Assembly: GCA_963665125.2 (NCBI GenBank)
Contig: CAXXUK010000001.1
Span: 1,280,001 to 1,344,000, forward strand
Direction of reading: 5' to 3'
Length of the DNA: 64,000 nt
Source of the DNA: an uncultured Desulfarculus sp.
GTDB lineage: Bacteria; Desulfobacterota; Desulfarculia; Desulfarculales; Desulfarculaceae
The notes under the pieces are model-generated. The model was not told where the DNA came from, did not search any database, and saw only the letters and a program-made list of their open reading frames with translations. Shown here one piece after another: positions 47,812 through 57,126 of this stretch. The position numbers were made by a program, and so were the translations under genes. How positions within the stretch are numbered: position 1 is the stretch's first letter; every line of letters starts with the position of its first letter.

Positions 47812-48978
47812 GTGCCCCAGGAAACCCCGTTATCAAGCTGGCACCAAGACCACGGCGGCAAGATGGTTGATTTTGCCGGATGGAGCCTGCCGGTGGCCTA
47901 TGGCGGCGGCATCATTGCCGAACACCTGGCCACCCGCAAATTCGGCGGGCTGTTCGACATCAGCCACATGGGCCGATTCAGGGTCGGCGGCCCAAAGGCC
48001 CTGCAATTTCTGGAATACGCCCTGACCAACTCGGCCCGCAAGCTCCGGCCGGGACGCTCGCAGTACACCTTGATCTCCGACGAGCAAGGCTATCCGGTGG
48101 ACGACGCCTATCTGTACCAACTTGATGAGGCCGAGTATCTGCTGGTGGTCAACGCGGCCAACAAGCAAAAGGATTGGCAGTGGCTGACCCAGGCCAACAC
48201 GGCCGGGGCCGACCTGCGAGACGTCAGCGCCGATATGGCCATGCTGGCCGTGCAGGGCCCCCGCGTCGAACAACTCGTTGCCTCACTGACCGGCGACGCC
48301 TTGCCGCCAAGGGGCCGCAACAATGCGGCATGGTGCACGTTCGACGGCGCCAGGGTGCTCGTATCCCGCACGGGCTACACCGGCGAACCGGTGTGCTTCG
48401 AATTGTTCGCGGCGTGGGACCAGACCGCAGAGCTGTGGCAAAGGCTGGTGGACGGTGGCCAGGACCTGGGCATCATCCCCGTGGGCCTTGGCGCCCGGGA
48501 CACCCTGCGCCTGGAGGTCTGCCTGCCCCTGTACGGCCATGAATTCGCGCCGGACCGGCCCATCCTCGGTGTGCCCACGGCCCGCCTGGGCGTGGACCTG
48601 AGCCCGGAGCGCGGCGATTTCATCGGCAAGCGGGCCCTGATCGAACAAAGCGCCGCGATCCCGCAAAAAGTCGTGGCCGTTGCCGCCCTGGCCAAGGGTA
48701 TGATCAGGGAAGGGTCGCCGGTGTTGCTTGGCGGCAAGCAGGTCGGCGTATTGACCAGCGGCACCACGGTGCCCGCCTGGAGTTTCGAGGGCGGCGCGCC
48801 GGGCGTTGAAAGCCATGTGCGGCCCATCGGCCTGGGCCTGGTGGATTATGCTGTCCAACCGGGCCAGAAAATTGAAATAATCTATCGTAAAAGAACACTT
48901 CCGGGCGTGGTGGCGGCCGCCTTGGCCAAGCCCTCCGGAGACTATATCCAACCGATCCTTTTCCAGGAAGGGAACTGA
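47812..48978 (+). CDS. gcvT: Glycine cleavage system aminomethyltransferase T
   Basis: MVDFAGW, GLFDISHMG, VVNAAN, SRTGYTGE, GLGARDTLRLE. Confidence 0.95.
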   Translation: MPQETPLSSWHQDHGGKMVDFAGWSLPVAYGGGIIAEHLATRKFGGLFDISHMGRFRVGGPKALQFLEYALTNSARKLRPGRSQYTLISDEQGYPVDDAYLYQLDEAEYLLVVNAANKQKDWQWLTQANTAGADLRDVSADMAMLAVQGPRVEQLVASLTGDALPPRGRNNAAWCTFDGARVLVSRTGYTGEPVCFELFAAWDQTAELWQRLVDGGQDLGIIPVGLGARDTLRLEVCLPLYGHEFAPDRPILGVPTARLGVDLSPERGDFIGKRALIEQSAAIPQKVVAVAALAKGMIREGSPVLLGGKQVGVLTSGTTVPAWSFEGGAPGVESHVRPIGLGLVDYAVQPGQKIEIIYRKRTLPGVVAAALAKPSGDYIQPILFQEGN

Positions 48979-48980
48979 TC

Positions 48981-49382
48981 ATGAGCAAACAAAATATCCC
49001 CGACGGCCTTTTTTACACCGAAGAACACGAGTGGGTGACCATTGACGACGGCCTGGCCGTGGTGGGGCTCACCTACTATGCCCAAGACCAGTTGGGCGAC
49101 ATCACCTATGTTGGCCTGCCGGAGATCGGCGAGGAGTTGGAGCAAATGGGCGAGATGTGCGAAGTGGAATCGGTCAAGGCCGCCTCGGACGTATACGCGC
49201 CTTTGGGCGGCATCGTGGCCGAGGTCAACGACGCCCTGGAAGAGCACCCGGAGTTGGTCAACAGCGACTGCTATGGCGAGGGCTGGCTGGTCAAGATCAA
49301 GGACTTTGACCAGGACGAACTGCACAACCTGATGGATGCGGATGCCTACAAGGAACTGCTGGAAGGCCTGGAAGAAGAATAG
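48981..49382 (+). CDS. gcvH: Glycine cleavage system H protein
   Basis: YTEEHEW, lipoyl-Lys motif VESVKAASD, YGEGWL. Confidence 0.97.
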   Translation: MSKQNIPDGLFYTEEHEWVTIDDGLAVVGLTYYAQDQLGDITYVGLPEIGEELEQMGEMCEVESVKAASDVYAPLGGIVAEVNDALEEHPELVNSDCYGEGWLVKIKDFDQDELHNLMDADAYKELLEGLEEE

Positions 49383-49400
49383 TCCCGGAGGGCTTGTCTG

Positions 49401-50720
49401 ATGGATTTTTCTCCCCACTCAAACCAGGACCGCGCCGAGATGCTGGCCGAGATGGGCCTGGGGTCAATCGAGGACCTGTTCGCGCCCATACCGCAAAAGC
49501 TCCGGGCAAAGTCGTGGAATCTGCCCGCCCCCAAAAGCGAGCTTGAGGTGGCCGGCCACATGGCCCATCTGGCAGGGCTCAACGCCCACGCGCTCACATG
49601 TTTTCTGGGCGGCGGTTTCTATGACCATTTCATCCCGGCGGCCGTGGACGCGGTCCTCAGTCGCAGTGAATTCTACACGGCATACACGCCCTACCAGGCC
49701 GAAATGTCCCAGGGCACCTTGCAGAGCATCTTCGAGTACCAGACGGCCATAGCCCGGCTCACGGGCCTGGACGCGGCCAACGCTTCGCTATACGACGGCG
49801 GCACTGCCATCTACGAAGCGGCCATGATGGCCGTGCGCAAGACCAAGCGCAAGAAGCTGATCATCTGCACCTCCCTGAGCCCCATCTACCGGGTGATGCT
49901 GCGCTCCTACACAACCAACCTGCATCTGGAGCTGGTGGAGGACGACATCAGCGACATCGGCCGCCTGGAAGAACTCATCGACGATGACACGGCGGGCGTG
50001 ATCGTCCAGAACCCGGACTTTTTCGGTCTGATCCGCGACTACGAGGGGCACTTCGCCCTGGCCGCCGAGCACAAGACCCTGTCCATCATCAGTTGCAATC
50101 CCCTGGCCCTGGCCGTGATCAAGTCGCCCGGCGAGATGGGCGCGGACATCGCCGTGGGCGAAGGCCAACCCCTGGGCCTGGCCCTGTCCTTTGGAGGGCC
50201 CTATCTGGGTTACATGGCCGTGCGGGAAAAGCTCCTGCGGACCATGCCCGGCCGAGTGGTGGGCCGCACCACCGACGCCCAGGGCCGGGTGGGCTACTGT
50301 CTGACCCTGCAAACCCGGGAGCAACACATCCGCCGGGAAAAGGCCACCAGCAACATCTGCACAAACCAGGCCCTATGCGCCCTGGCCTCCATGGTCTACA
50401 TGAGCCTGATGGGCAAGCGCGGCCTGGTGGATCAGGCCCGGCTGAACATGGCCATTGCCGAGCACGCCCGCCAGCGGCTCACGGCCATCGAGGGCGTGGA
50501 ACTGGTGGACAAGGGCCCATGGTTCAATGAATTCCGCCTGAGGCTGCCCACCGACGCCCGGGTGGTCATCAGCCGCCTGGTGGACAAGGGCTTCGCCGCG
50601 GGCTTCCCCCTGGGCCGCTACTACCCGGGCCAGTGCAACTACCTGCTGGTGGCGGTGACCGAGAAGCGCACCAAGGAAGAGATCGGCTGCTTTGCCGAAG
50701 GCCTGGAGGCGGTGCTATGA
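49401..50720 (+). CDS. gcvPA: Glycine dehydrogenase subunit 1
   Basis: YTAYTPYQAEMSQG, NASLYDG, REQHIRREKATSNICTN. Confidence 0.96.
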   Translation: MDFSPHSNQDRAEMLAEMGLGSIEDLFAPIPQKLRAKSWNLPAPKSELEVAGHMAHLAGLNAHALTCFLGGGFYDHFIPAAVDAVLSRSEFYTAYTPYQAEMSQGTLQSIFEYQTAIARLTGLDAANASLYDGGTAIYEAAMMAVRKTKRKKLIICTSLSPIYRVMLRSYTTNLHLELVEDDISDIGRLEELIDDDTAGVIVQNPDFFGLIRDYEGHFALAAEHKTLSIISCNPLALAVIKSPGEMGADIAVGEGQPLGLALSFGGPYLGYMAVREKLLRTMPGRVVGRTTDAQGRVGYCLTLQTREQHIRREKATSNICTNQALCALASMVYMSLMGKRGLVDQARLNMAIAEHARQRLTAIEGVELVDKGPWFNEFRLRLPTDARVVISRLVDKGFAAGFPLGRYYPGQCNYLLVAVTEKRTKEEIGCFAEGLEAVL

Positions 50721-52198
50721 AAACCATCTACGCCAAGAGCAGACCGGGCCGCAAGGGCTACAGCCTGCCCACGCCCAATATATGCGTGGATTGCTTTGAG
50801 CGGAGCCAGCTTCCGCCGGAATTGATGCGCAAGGACCCGGCCGAGCTGCCCGAGGTGGCCGAGGTGGAGGTAATGCGCCACTTCACCAATCTATCGCGCC
50901 AAAACTTCGGCGTGGAGGTGGGCACCTACCCCCTGGGCTCGTGCACCATGAAATACAACCCCAAGTTCACCGAACAGGCGGCCCGGCTGCCCGGCTTCGT
51001 GGGCCTGCACCCCCTGCTGCCTCAGCTGCGGCGGGGCGGTCTGCTGACCCAGGGGGCCCTGCGGGTGCTCTATGACTGCGAGAGGCTCTTGGCCGAGATC
51101 ACCGGCATGAGCGCCTTCACCATGCAACCCCTGGCCGGGGCCCACGGCGAACTCACCGGCATCATGCTCATGGCCGCCTATCACCGGGACAAGGGCAACA
51201 AAAAGTCCATCGTCCTGGTGCCCGACTCGGCCCACGGCACCAACCCGGCCTCGGCGGCAATCGCCGGATACGAGGTGGTCACCGTGCCGTCCAAAGACGG
51301 CGTCATGGACCCGGCGGCGTTCAAGGAAATGCTCAGCGAAGAGGTGGCCGGGGTGATGATGACCAATCCCAACACTCTGGGCCTGTTCAACCCCTACATA
51401 GCAGAGATCGCCGAGGCGGCCCACGAGGTCGACGCCCTGCTCTACTATGACGGGGCCAACCTCAACGCCATCATGGGCTATGCCAAACCGGCGGACCTGG
51501 GCTTTGACATCGTGCACCTAAACCTGCACAAAACCTTCGGCACGCCCCACGGCGGCGGCGGACCCGGCTCGGGCCCGGTGGGCGTGGTGGACAAGCTGCT
51601 GGATTACCTGCCCGTGTCGCGCATTGTCGAGCGGGGCGACGGCACCCTGTTCCTGGACTACGACTACCCCAAGACCATCGGCTACGTGGCGCCCTTCTAC
51701 GGCAACTTCAGCGTTGTCCTCAAGGCCTATGCCTATATCCTGGCCCTGGGCGGCGAGGGCCTCAAGCGCGTCAGCGAAGACGCGGTCCTCAACGCCAACT
51801 ACCTGCGCGTGGGTCTCATGGAAAATTGGCAGGTGGGCATGGACAAGCCCTGCATGCACGAGGTGGTGTTCACGGCCCAGGACAAGGCCAAACAGTTCGG
51901 CGTATCGGCTGTGGACATCGCCAAGAGCCTCATCGACGCGGGCTTCCATCCGCCCACGATATACTTCCCCCTGGTGGTGCCCGAGGCATTGATGATCGAG
52001 CCTACGGAAACCGAGACCAGGGAAAACCTGGACAGCTTCATCCAGGCCATGAACCGTATCGCCGAGGCCTGCGCCGAGGACCCCCAGAGCCTGCACGACG
52101 CGCCCAAGACCACCCCGGTGGGCAGGCTGGATGAGGTAACCGCAGCCCGCAAGCCGGTGCTGGTGGAGCCTCTGGGAACGGAAGAGCGCCAAGCATGA
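50717..52198 (+). CDS. gcvPB: Glycine dehydrogenase subunit 2
   Basis: YPLGSCTMKYNP, SAHGTNPASA, PLP-Lys HLNLHKTF, MIEPTETE; ATGA overlap at 50717. Confidence 0.96.
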   Translation: MKTIYAKSRPGRKGYSLPTPNICVDCFERSQLPPELMRKDPAELPEVAEVEVMRHFTNLSRQNFGVEVGTYPLGSCTMKYNPKFTEQAARLPGFVGLHPLLPQLRRGGLLTQGALRVLYDCERLLAEITGMSAFTMQPLAGAHGELTGIMLMAAYHRDKGNKKSIVLVPDSAHGTNPASAAIAGYEVVTVPSKDGVMDPAAFKEMLSEEVAGVMMTNPNTLGLFNPYIAEIAEAAHEVDALLYYDGANLNAIMGYAKPADLGFDIVHLNLHKTFGTPHGGGGPGSGPVGVVDKLLDYLPVSRIVERGDGTLFLDYDYPKTIGYVAPFYGNFSVVLKAYAYILALGGEGLKRVSEDAVLNANYLRVGLMENWQVGMDKPCMHEVVFTAQDKAKQFGVSAVDIAKSLIDAGFHPPTIYFPLVVPEALMIEPTETETRENLDSFIQAMNRIAEACAEDPQSLHDAPKTTPVGRLDEVTAARKPVLVEPLGTEERQA

Positions 52199-53061
52199 GC
52201 CAAGCAGCACGCAAACCGGCCTGGCTAAAGAGAAAAATCCCCCTGCCCGGCAGCCACGGCCGGGTCCAGGGGGCCATCGACGAATTGGGTCTGCACACTG
52301 TCTGCCGGGAGGCCCGTTGCCCCAACCGCATGGAATGCTATGCCTGCGGCACGGCCACTTTTTTGTTGCTGGGGCCCAGTTGCACCCGGCGCTGCACCTT
52401 TTGCGCGGTGGACAAATCAGCCATGAGTCCGCCCGACCCCGCCGAACCCGAGCACATCGCCCAAGCCGTGGCCAGGCTGGGCCTATCTTTTTGCGTATTG
52501 ACCATGGTCACCAGGGACGATCTGCCCGACGGCGGCGCGGCCCATGTGGCGGCCACGGTGCGGGCTTTGCGCGGCACAAATCCGAATATCGGCGTGGAGC
52601 TGTTGATCTCCGACCTGGGCGGTGACAGGCGGTCCCTGGAGACAGTGCTGGCCGCCAGGCCCCAGGTCCTCAACCACAACATCGAGACCGTGCCCCGGCT
52701 CTACCCCGAGGTGCGTCCCCAGGCCGATTACCAACGCAGCCTGGATCTATTGGCCGATGTTCGGGCCATCGACGAGGCGATCGTGCGCAAATCGGGCATC
52801 ATGCTGGGTCTGGGCGAGACCGAGGCGGAGGTTGGCGAGGTGTTCCGCGATCTATTGAACGCGGGCTGCCAGAGTCTGACCCTGGGCCAATACCTGGCCC
52901 CGTCACGGGATCACCACTCCGTGGCCGGGTATGTCTCGCCGGAGCGGTTTGAGGCCCTCAGGCAACAGGCTTTGAGCATGGGCTTCAATGCAGTGGCCTC
53001 GGGGCCCTTCGTGCGCAGCTCATACCAGGCCGAAGGGTTGTACCAGGCTGTCTGCGGGTAG
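52195..53061 (+). CDS. lipA: Lipoyl synthase
   Basis: CREARCPNRMEC (CX4CX5C), CTRRCTFC, NHNIETV, VRSSY. Confidence 0.96.
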   Translation: MSQAARKPAWLKRKIPLPGSHGRVQGAIDELGLHTVCREARCPNRMECYACGTATFLLLGPSCTRRCTFCAVDKSAMSPPDPAEPEHIAQAVARLGLSFCVLTMVTRDDLPDGGAAHVAATVRALRGTNPNIGVELLISDLGGDRRSLETVLAARPQVLNHNIETVPRLYPEVRPQADYQRSLDLLADVRAIDEAIVRKSGIMLGLGETEAEVGEVFRDLLNAGCQSLTLGQYLAPSRDHHSVAGYVSPERFEALRQQALSMGFNAVASGPFVRSSYQAEGLYQAVCG

Positions 53062-53119
53062 AAAAACCAAGGTTATAATTAGGATTAAATAATAGTCATA
53101 TGGCTTTGTTTTTACAGGT

Positions 53120-53734
53120 CTACTCGTTGGTATTATTCCTGAAACGCTCAAGCCGCCGCGAATCATCGAACTCCATGGCGGCGGGGTTGGGTAAATGCAC
53201 GGCGATTGTCTTGCGCCACTGAACGCTCTTGCCGCCGGGGTGGTTTGAAACCATTTCCTGTCCCGACACGGCAAACTCGGCGTCCACCCATTTGCCGGAA
53301 GGCGCCAGCAAGCTGCCCTTATATTTGCTTTGGGCAACGGGTTGCGCCCTGATTATCTCCACGCCCAACAGGGGATAATAACCGCTGAGCTTTTCCGGTA
53401 CATACGTCAACTGGCCCCAAAAGCCCTGGGAGTTCTGCTTCACGGCCATTGTCAGGCCCGACTTGGCCCGCCACAGCCCCACTAAGTCCTTGTCCAACAC
53501 CTTTTTTTGACTTTTCGCGCAAAACGAAACCTTGATCAGGTTTCGGTTGACGCAGGCCCGGCAGTCGTTATCGGCAAGGCCCATGTCCAACGGCTGGGGG
53601 CAGCCGGGGCAAAAGTCGGCCATGCACAACGGGTCCAGGACAATCTGATTGGACTGCGGCCATGCCGGAGAAGACGCCAGCATCAAAGCCGCCGACAGGC
53701 CGGCGCAGAAGATTTTCAGACGTACGGCTTTCAT
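53120..53734 (-). CDS. Exported hypothetical protein: six-Cys N-domain plus DUF2147-like beta-barrel
   Basis: ATG at 53734 (ATGA overlap, GGAG RBS); signal peptide; LVGLW...PLLGVEII...YKGSLLAPSGK...W. DUF2147 resemblance judged by eye. Confidence 0.65.
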   Translation of the reverse strand: MKAVRLKIFCAGLSAALMLASSPAWPQSNQIVLDPLCMADFCPGCPQPLDMGLADNDCRACVNRNLIKVSFCAKSQKKVLDKDLVGLWRAKSGLTMAVKQNSQGFWGQLTYVPEKLSGYYPLLGVEIIRAQPVAQSKYKGSLLAPSGKWVDAEFAVSGQEMVSNHPGGKSVQWRKTIAVHLPNPAAMEFDDSRRLERFRNNTNE

Positions 53735-54177
53735 TGCGTTACTCCTTCCAGGCCTGCCTGGGACATGCTCAATAAAAAAATATAGAGCAGCACCACGTTG
53801 ACCGCGTGCACCACCACCGTACCCAGCAACGTGAGGCCTATGCGCCCCTTTACCGGGCAACTGGGATCGCCTGCTGGGAAAAGCAGCCTGCCGTAGGCAA
53901 ACCAGCCCGTCAGCAGCAGGGCGATGGTCATGCCGATCCACGATTCCGGCGTGTTGCTCACCGGAGGCCGCAGCCCCCAGACAATGATGTTGACTAAAAA
54001 CACCAGGAGGTGAGCCCCGGCGTCCTGGACCAGAAATGCCGCGAAGGCCCTGGCCAGGCCGGCCCTGCGGCCGCAGCCCAGCTTGGCGGCCATGCTCACG
54101 GGCCAGGCCATGACAACACCGAGGACGGAGGACAACAGCATTACGCTGATAAAAACAATCAGGATTTCCCTAGCCAT
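53731..54177 (-). CDS. Hypothetical 4-TM membrane protein
   Basis: Four hydrophobic segments; GGAG RBS; coupled to the downstream gene. Confidence 0.65.
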   Translation of the reverse strand: MAREILIVFISVMLLSSVLGVVMAWPVSMAAKLGCGRRAGLARAFAAFLVQDAGAHLLVFLVNIIVWGLRPPVSNTPESWIGMTIALLLTGWFAYGRLLFPAGDPSCPVKGRIGLTLLGTVVVHAVNVVLLYIFLLSMSQAGLEGVTQ

Positions 54178-54202
54178 TACTTCTCCATGCCATCTTTCAG
54201 CC

Positions 54203-54976
54203 CTACCATCCAGAAACCAGCAACCTCTTTGCCGCCTTTGTTTTTATATTTTGGTACCTGGCATAGGCCCTTGCCGATCTCAGTCGGATGTCTTGGTCGG
54301 TTTCCCCTTTTGCCCAGCCATCCAGGGCAGCCAGCAGGGTGTATGCTTCCGGAGCCATCAGGCCGGTGGTCCAAAGAAGGGGTTTTGCCCCGGCGGCCTT
54401 GAGCCATTGCTCAAAGAAGGCCTTGGCCGCGCAGGCCAGGATAATCACCCTGGGCGCATCAGGCGCGGCTGTCTTCGGCAAAGGCGGCGGGCCGAATTCC
54501 ATGAGGCCATTGTGACCAACATACACGACCAGCTTTGGCTTGGGAATGTTTCCCCGGCCCGCGGCGGCATCCAGAAAATCGTATACCGCCTTCTTTATCT
54601 CCCGGCCCTGGTAGGCATAAGCAACCAAGGTCAAGCCGTCGCGTCTGTAGCGGCATGTCTCCAATATTGGTCCGGTCTTTGTTTTTTCGCATCCTGCCAG
54701 TTTCCAGGCACTATCCCTACTCATCATGGTCTTCAGGCCGTACATTGCCCCCCAGTAGAGGTTGCGCCCGGGGTCGTCGCCATTGCCAATGCTATCAGGA
54801 ACAGGCACTATGCCCTGATGCTTGTTATCGGCCAAGGCAACAAACACTTCAATACTGCCGAACGGTTCGCCGGCCGCCGCAATGTTGCATGCAAACAGTA
54901 CAAAGGCAACCGCCAACAAAACCGAAACCTGCAAGGTTGATCGGACATCTCCCGGCAAGCGATTAATCACCGGCAT
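54203..54976 (-). CDS. Exported conserved hypothetical protein, possible clan CD (caspase/CHAT-like) peptidase
   Basis: Signal peptide; FVALADNKHQGIVPVP, NLYWGA; LVVYVGHNG ... VIILAC. Confidence 0.7.
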   Translation of the reverse strand: MPVINRLPGDVRSTLQVSVLLAVAFVLFACNIAAAGEPFGSIEVFVALADNKHQGIVPVPDSIGNGDDPGRNLYWGAMYGLKTMMSRDSAWKLAGCEKTKTGPILETCRYRRDGLTLVAYAYQGREIKKAVYDFLDAAAGRGNIPKPKLVVYVGHNGLMEFGPPPLPKTAAPDAPRVIILACAAKAFFEQWLKAAGAKPLLWTTGLMAPEAYTLLAALDGWAKGETDQDIRLRSARAYARYQNIKTKAAKRLLVSGW

Positions 54977-56124
54977 TGGTTCTGTAAAAATAGCCTGCGC
55001 TCCTTTACTTCGCCTCTGGTGTCGCTTTCACCGACCCTCATGCACCAATTGTAGTGGTTGTCAAAATTGCCTTGCCAACGGTTTTTGTTGTTATGTTGGC
55101 AACCCCGTCCGACAAACTCCCGGTATTGCTGCACTGCCGTTGTGGCGTATGCGCGGCATCGGGTGTTGCCGTATCTGCCGGGTTGTGCCGTGGGTTCCGG
55201 CTCAATGGTCCGATAGGGCCCGGGCGTCTGGTGAGGTGTGGAAGTCCAAACCGGCGCGGGAGTTGGGGTCCATGCCGAGGGTTGGGGCGGACGCACCGGC
55301 ACAAGCTGAGGCACACATCCGTTGGTAAGCACATCGGCGATCGCGTTGCTGATGTTATCGGCAAGCTGGATATTGGGGCCCAGCATGTTGATGTTCTCGG
55401 CGTTGTCAATGAGCCGCTGCACGTCCTGCCTTATGGCGTCAGTCCTAAGCCCTACGCACTGGATCATGAAATCACCCAATGGCGTAAGCTGAATCGCGTC
55501 GTATTGATCAAGCAGTTGCATGGTCAGGCGCAGATGCCTGACAGCCATGTCCATCTGATGCTGGCCTTCCAGGAGATCATTGTTGCGGTTGAATTGCTCG
55601 TTGGCATGGCGCAGGGCCTGAGCCGCATAGGCGGTGGCATAGCCAAGCCGGAAATACAACGTCGCGCAGGTGGTCTGCCTGATGGTCCTGCGGTTGACTT
55701 GCATCACCGCAAGAGCATTGCCCCAGGAGTTGTACGCGCCCTGAAGGTAGACATAGATTTGTCTGCGTTTGATGAGATGTTCCCTCGGATCGCGCAACTT
55801 ACCGGCAAGGGCGTTTAATTGCGCCACCATGGCCGTCCAGCCGCCCCAGGCCTCGATCTGATTGGGGGTGCAAGAGCGATTGGCAATTCGCAAACCATCC
55901 CCGGCCCTTTGCAGGAATTCAAACATCGGCTCATCAAACTGTGATGGCGCCTGGCGCATCCGGGTGGCTTCCATGAAAGAGGCGGCCCAGCCAATCCAGC
56001 GTCCGGTGCTGTAAATCTGAACGCAGCAATCCCTCTCTGGAACGATTTGCTGGGCTGAAGAGGCGGAGGGCCATGCAAGAAATAACGCGGCCAGCAGCAT
56101 CACCCACTGTCTCGATAAACGCAT
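54967..56124 (-). CDS. Exported hypothetical protein: helical domain, Pro/Thr linker, Cys/Trp C-terminal module
   Basis: Signal peptide ending SSA; C-terminal CRAYATTAVQQ...GC...RW...HYNWC. Confidence 0.7.
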   Translation of the reverse strand: MRLSRQWVMLLAALFLAWPSASSAQQIVPERDCCVQIYSTGRWIGWAASFMEATRMRQAPSQFDEPMFEFLQRAGDGLRIANRSCTPNQIEAWGGWTAMVAQLNALAGKLRDPREHLIKRRQIYVYLQGAYNSWGNALAVMQVNRRTIRQTTCATLYFRLGYATAYAAQALRHANEQFNRNNDLLEGQHQMDMAVRHLRLTMQLLDQYDAIQLTPLGDFMIQCVGLRTDAIRQDVQRLIDNAENINMLGPNIQLADNISNAIADVLTNGCVPQLVPVRPPQPSAWTPTPAPVWTSTPHQTPGPYRTIEPEPTAQPGRYGNTRCRAYATTAVQQYREFVGRGCQHNNKNRWQGNFDNHYNWCMRVGESDTRGEVKERRLFLQNQCR

Positions 56125-56274
56125 GATAAAAACCCTTTTTGTTTGCCGCGGATTAGCCGCCGCGACGGTTTGCGATTTGTGTTTTCAGAGGTGATGCGGA
56201 CTTCGTTACCAGGATGAAAAATCAAGCCATGCTTGCACAAACCAGCGGAATTGACAATATGGCGGGCCAACCGG

Positions 56275-56862
56275 TCAGTAAGGCTTGAGCAAGGAATCGT
56301 GGACGTATCCGACCTTGCGCTCAAAGCGGGGATCGATGGATCCGGGCCCCACAGGTTTGATCTTCATCCATTGGCCGGAGCGTTCCAGCAACTTAACCTG
56401 CATGCCCGGCTTGACAGCGGTGATGACCTGGGTGTCGGTGGACGGCCCCTTGCGTACATTGGCCCCGTTATTGGCCGTGACGATGTACCAGTCCTTGAAT
56501 TTGGCCAAATCAATGGGGCCTGTCCGGTCGGCCACCTGCTTGAGCAGTTCCGGGTAGCCCACGCTGTTGCGCGCGCCATAGAGGCAGTTGAAATTCTTGA
56601 ACACCGAGCAGGCCAGCTCGGCCACTTCCTTATGGCGGCCCATGGCATCCAGCAGAACCGGCAGCAGTTTTTGGTCATCCTCGGGCGCCTGATAACCGTC
56701 GGCGCAGTCGAGCATGTGGAACAAGGCCTTGTGGCGCTGACCCTGTTCATAGGCACCGATCCACATATCCACAGTACCGCAGGCCAATGACACGCCCGGC
56801 AGGCAAAGAAGAATCAATAACACCAGGGCGGCAAGCCCTTTCGACAAATTGCGCATGGCCAC
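56275..56862 (-). CDS. Exported protein with C-terminal SH3b domain
   Basis: Signal peptide; ANVRKGPSTDTQVI...G.Q...GQWMKI...GYVHDSLL. Confidence 0.8.
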   Translation of the reverse strand: MAMRNLSKGLAALVLLILLCLPGVSLACGTVDMWIGAYEQGQRHKALFHMLDCADGYQAPEDDQKLLPVLLDAMGRHKEVAELACSVFKNFNCLYGARNSVGYPELLKQVADRTGPIDLAKFKDWYIVTANNGANVRKGPSTDTQVITAVKPGMQVKLLERSGQWMKIKPVGPGSIDPRFERKVGYVHDSLLKPY

Positions 56863-56993
56863 ACCTTTCTCCGGTCCTTATTGCCCGGCGACCGACTGCC
56901 TGATCAAACGGTAAGCTCTAATCATTGGCCAGGTCAAGCATTGTTGCCTTAATTGACGATCAATCACCATGGTTCCTTACGGGATTTATCATT

Positions 56994-57031
56994 TAATTAC
57001 GACCATTACCCCTAATTACGACCATTACCCC
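56994..57031. repeat. Perfect 19-bp tandem direct repeat (2 copies)
   Basis: TAATTACGACCATTACCCC at 56994-57012 and 57013-57031. Confidence 0.9.
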
Positions 57032-57126
57032 GGCAATTCTTCGTCATCAAAGGCCCATGGTTTGCCAGTGATCCGTTGCGGCACTATACTTGTCCGAGAG
57101 ATGGCAAGGGCCTGTAATACGTCGGG

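Noticed and set aside
53735..53941. N-terminal extension of ORF 53120-53941
   Set aside because: Overlaps the upstream membrane gene; the ATG at 53734 has an RBS, an ATGA overlap and a signal peptide.
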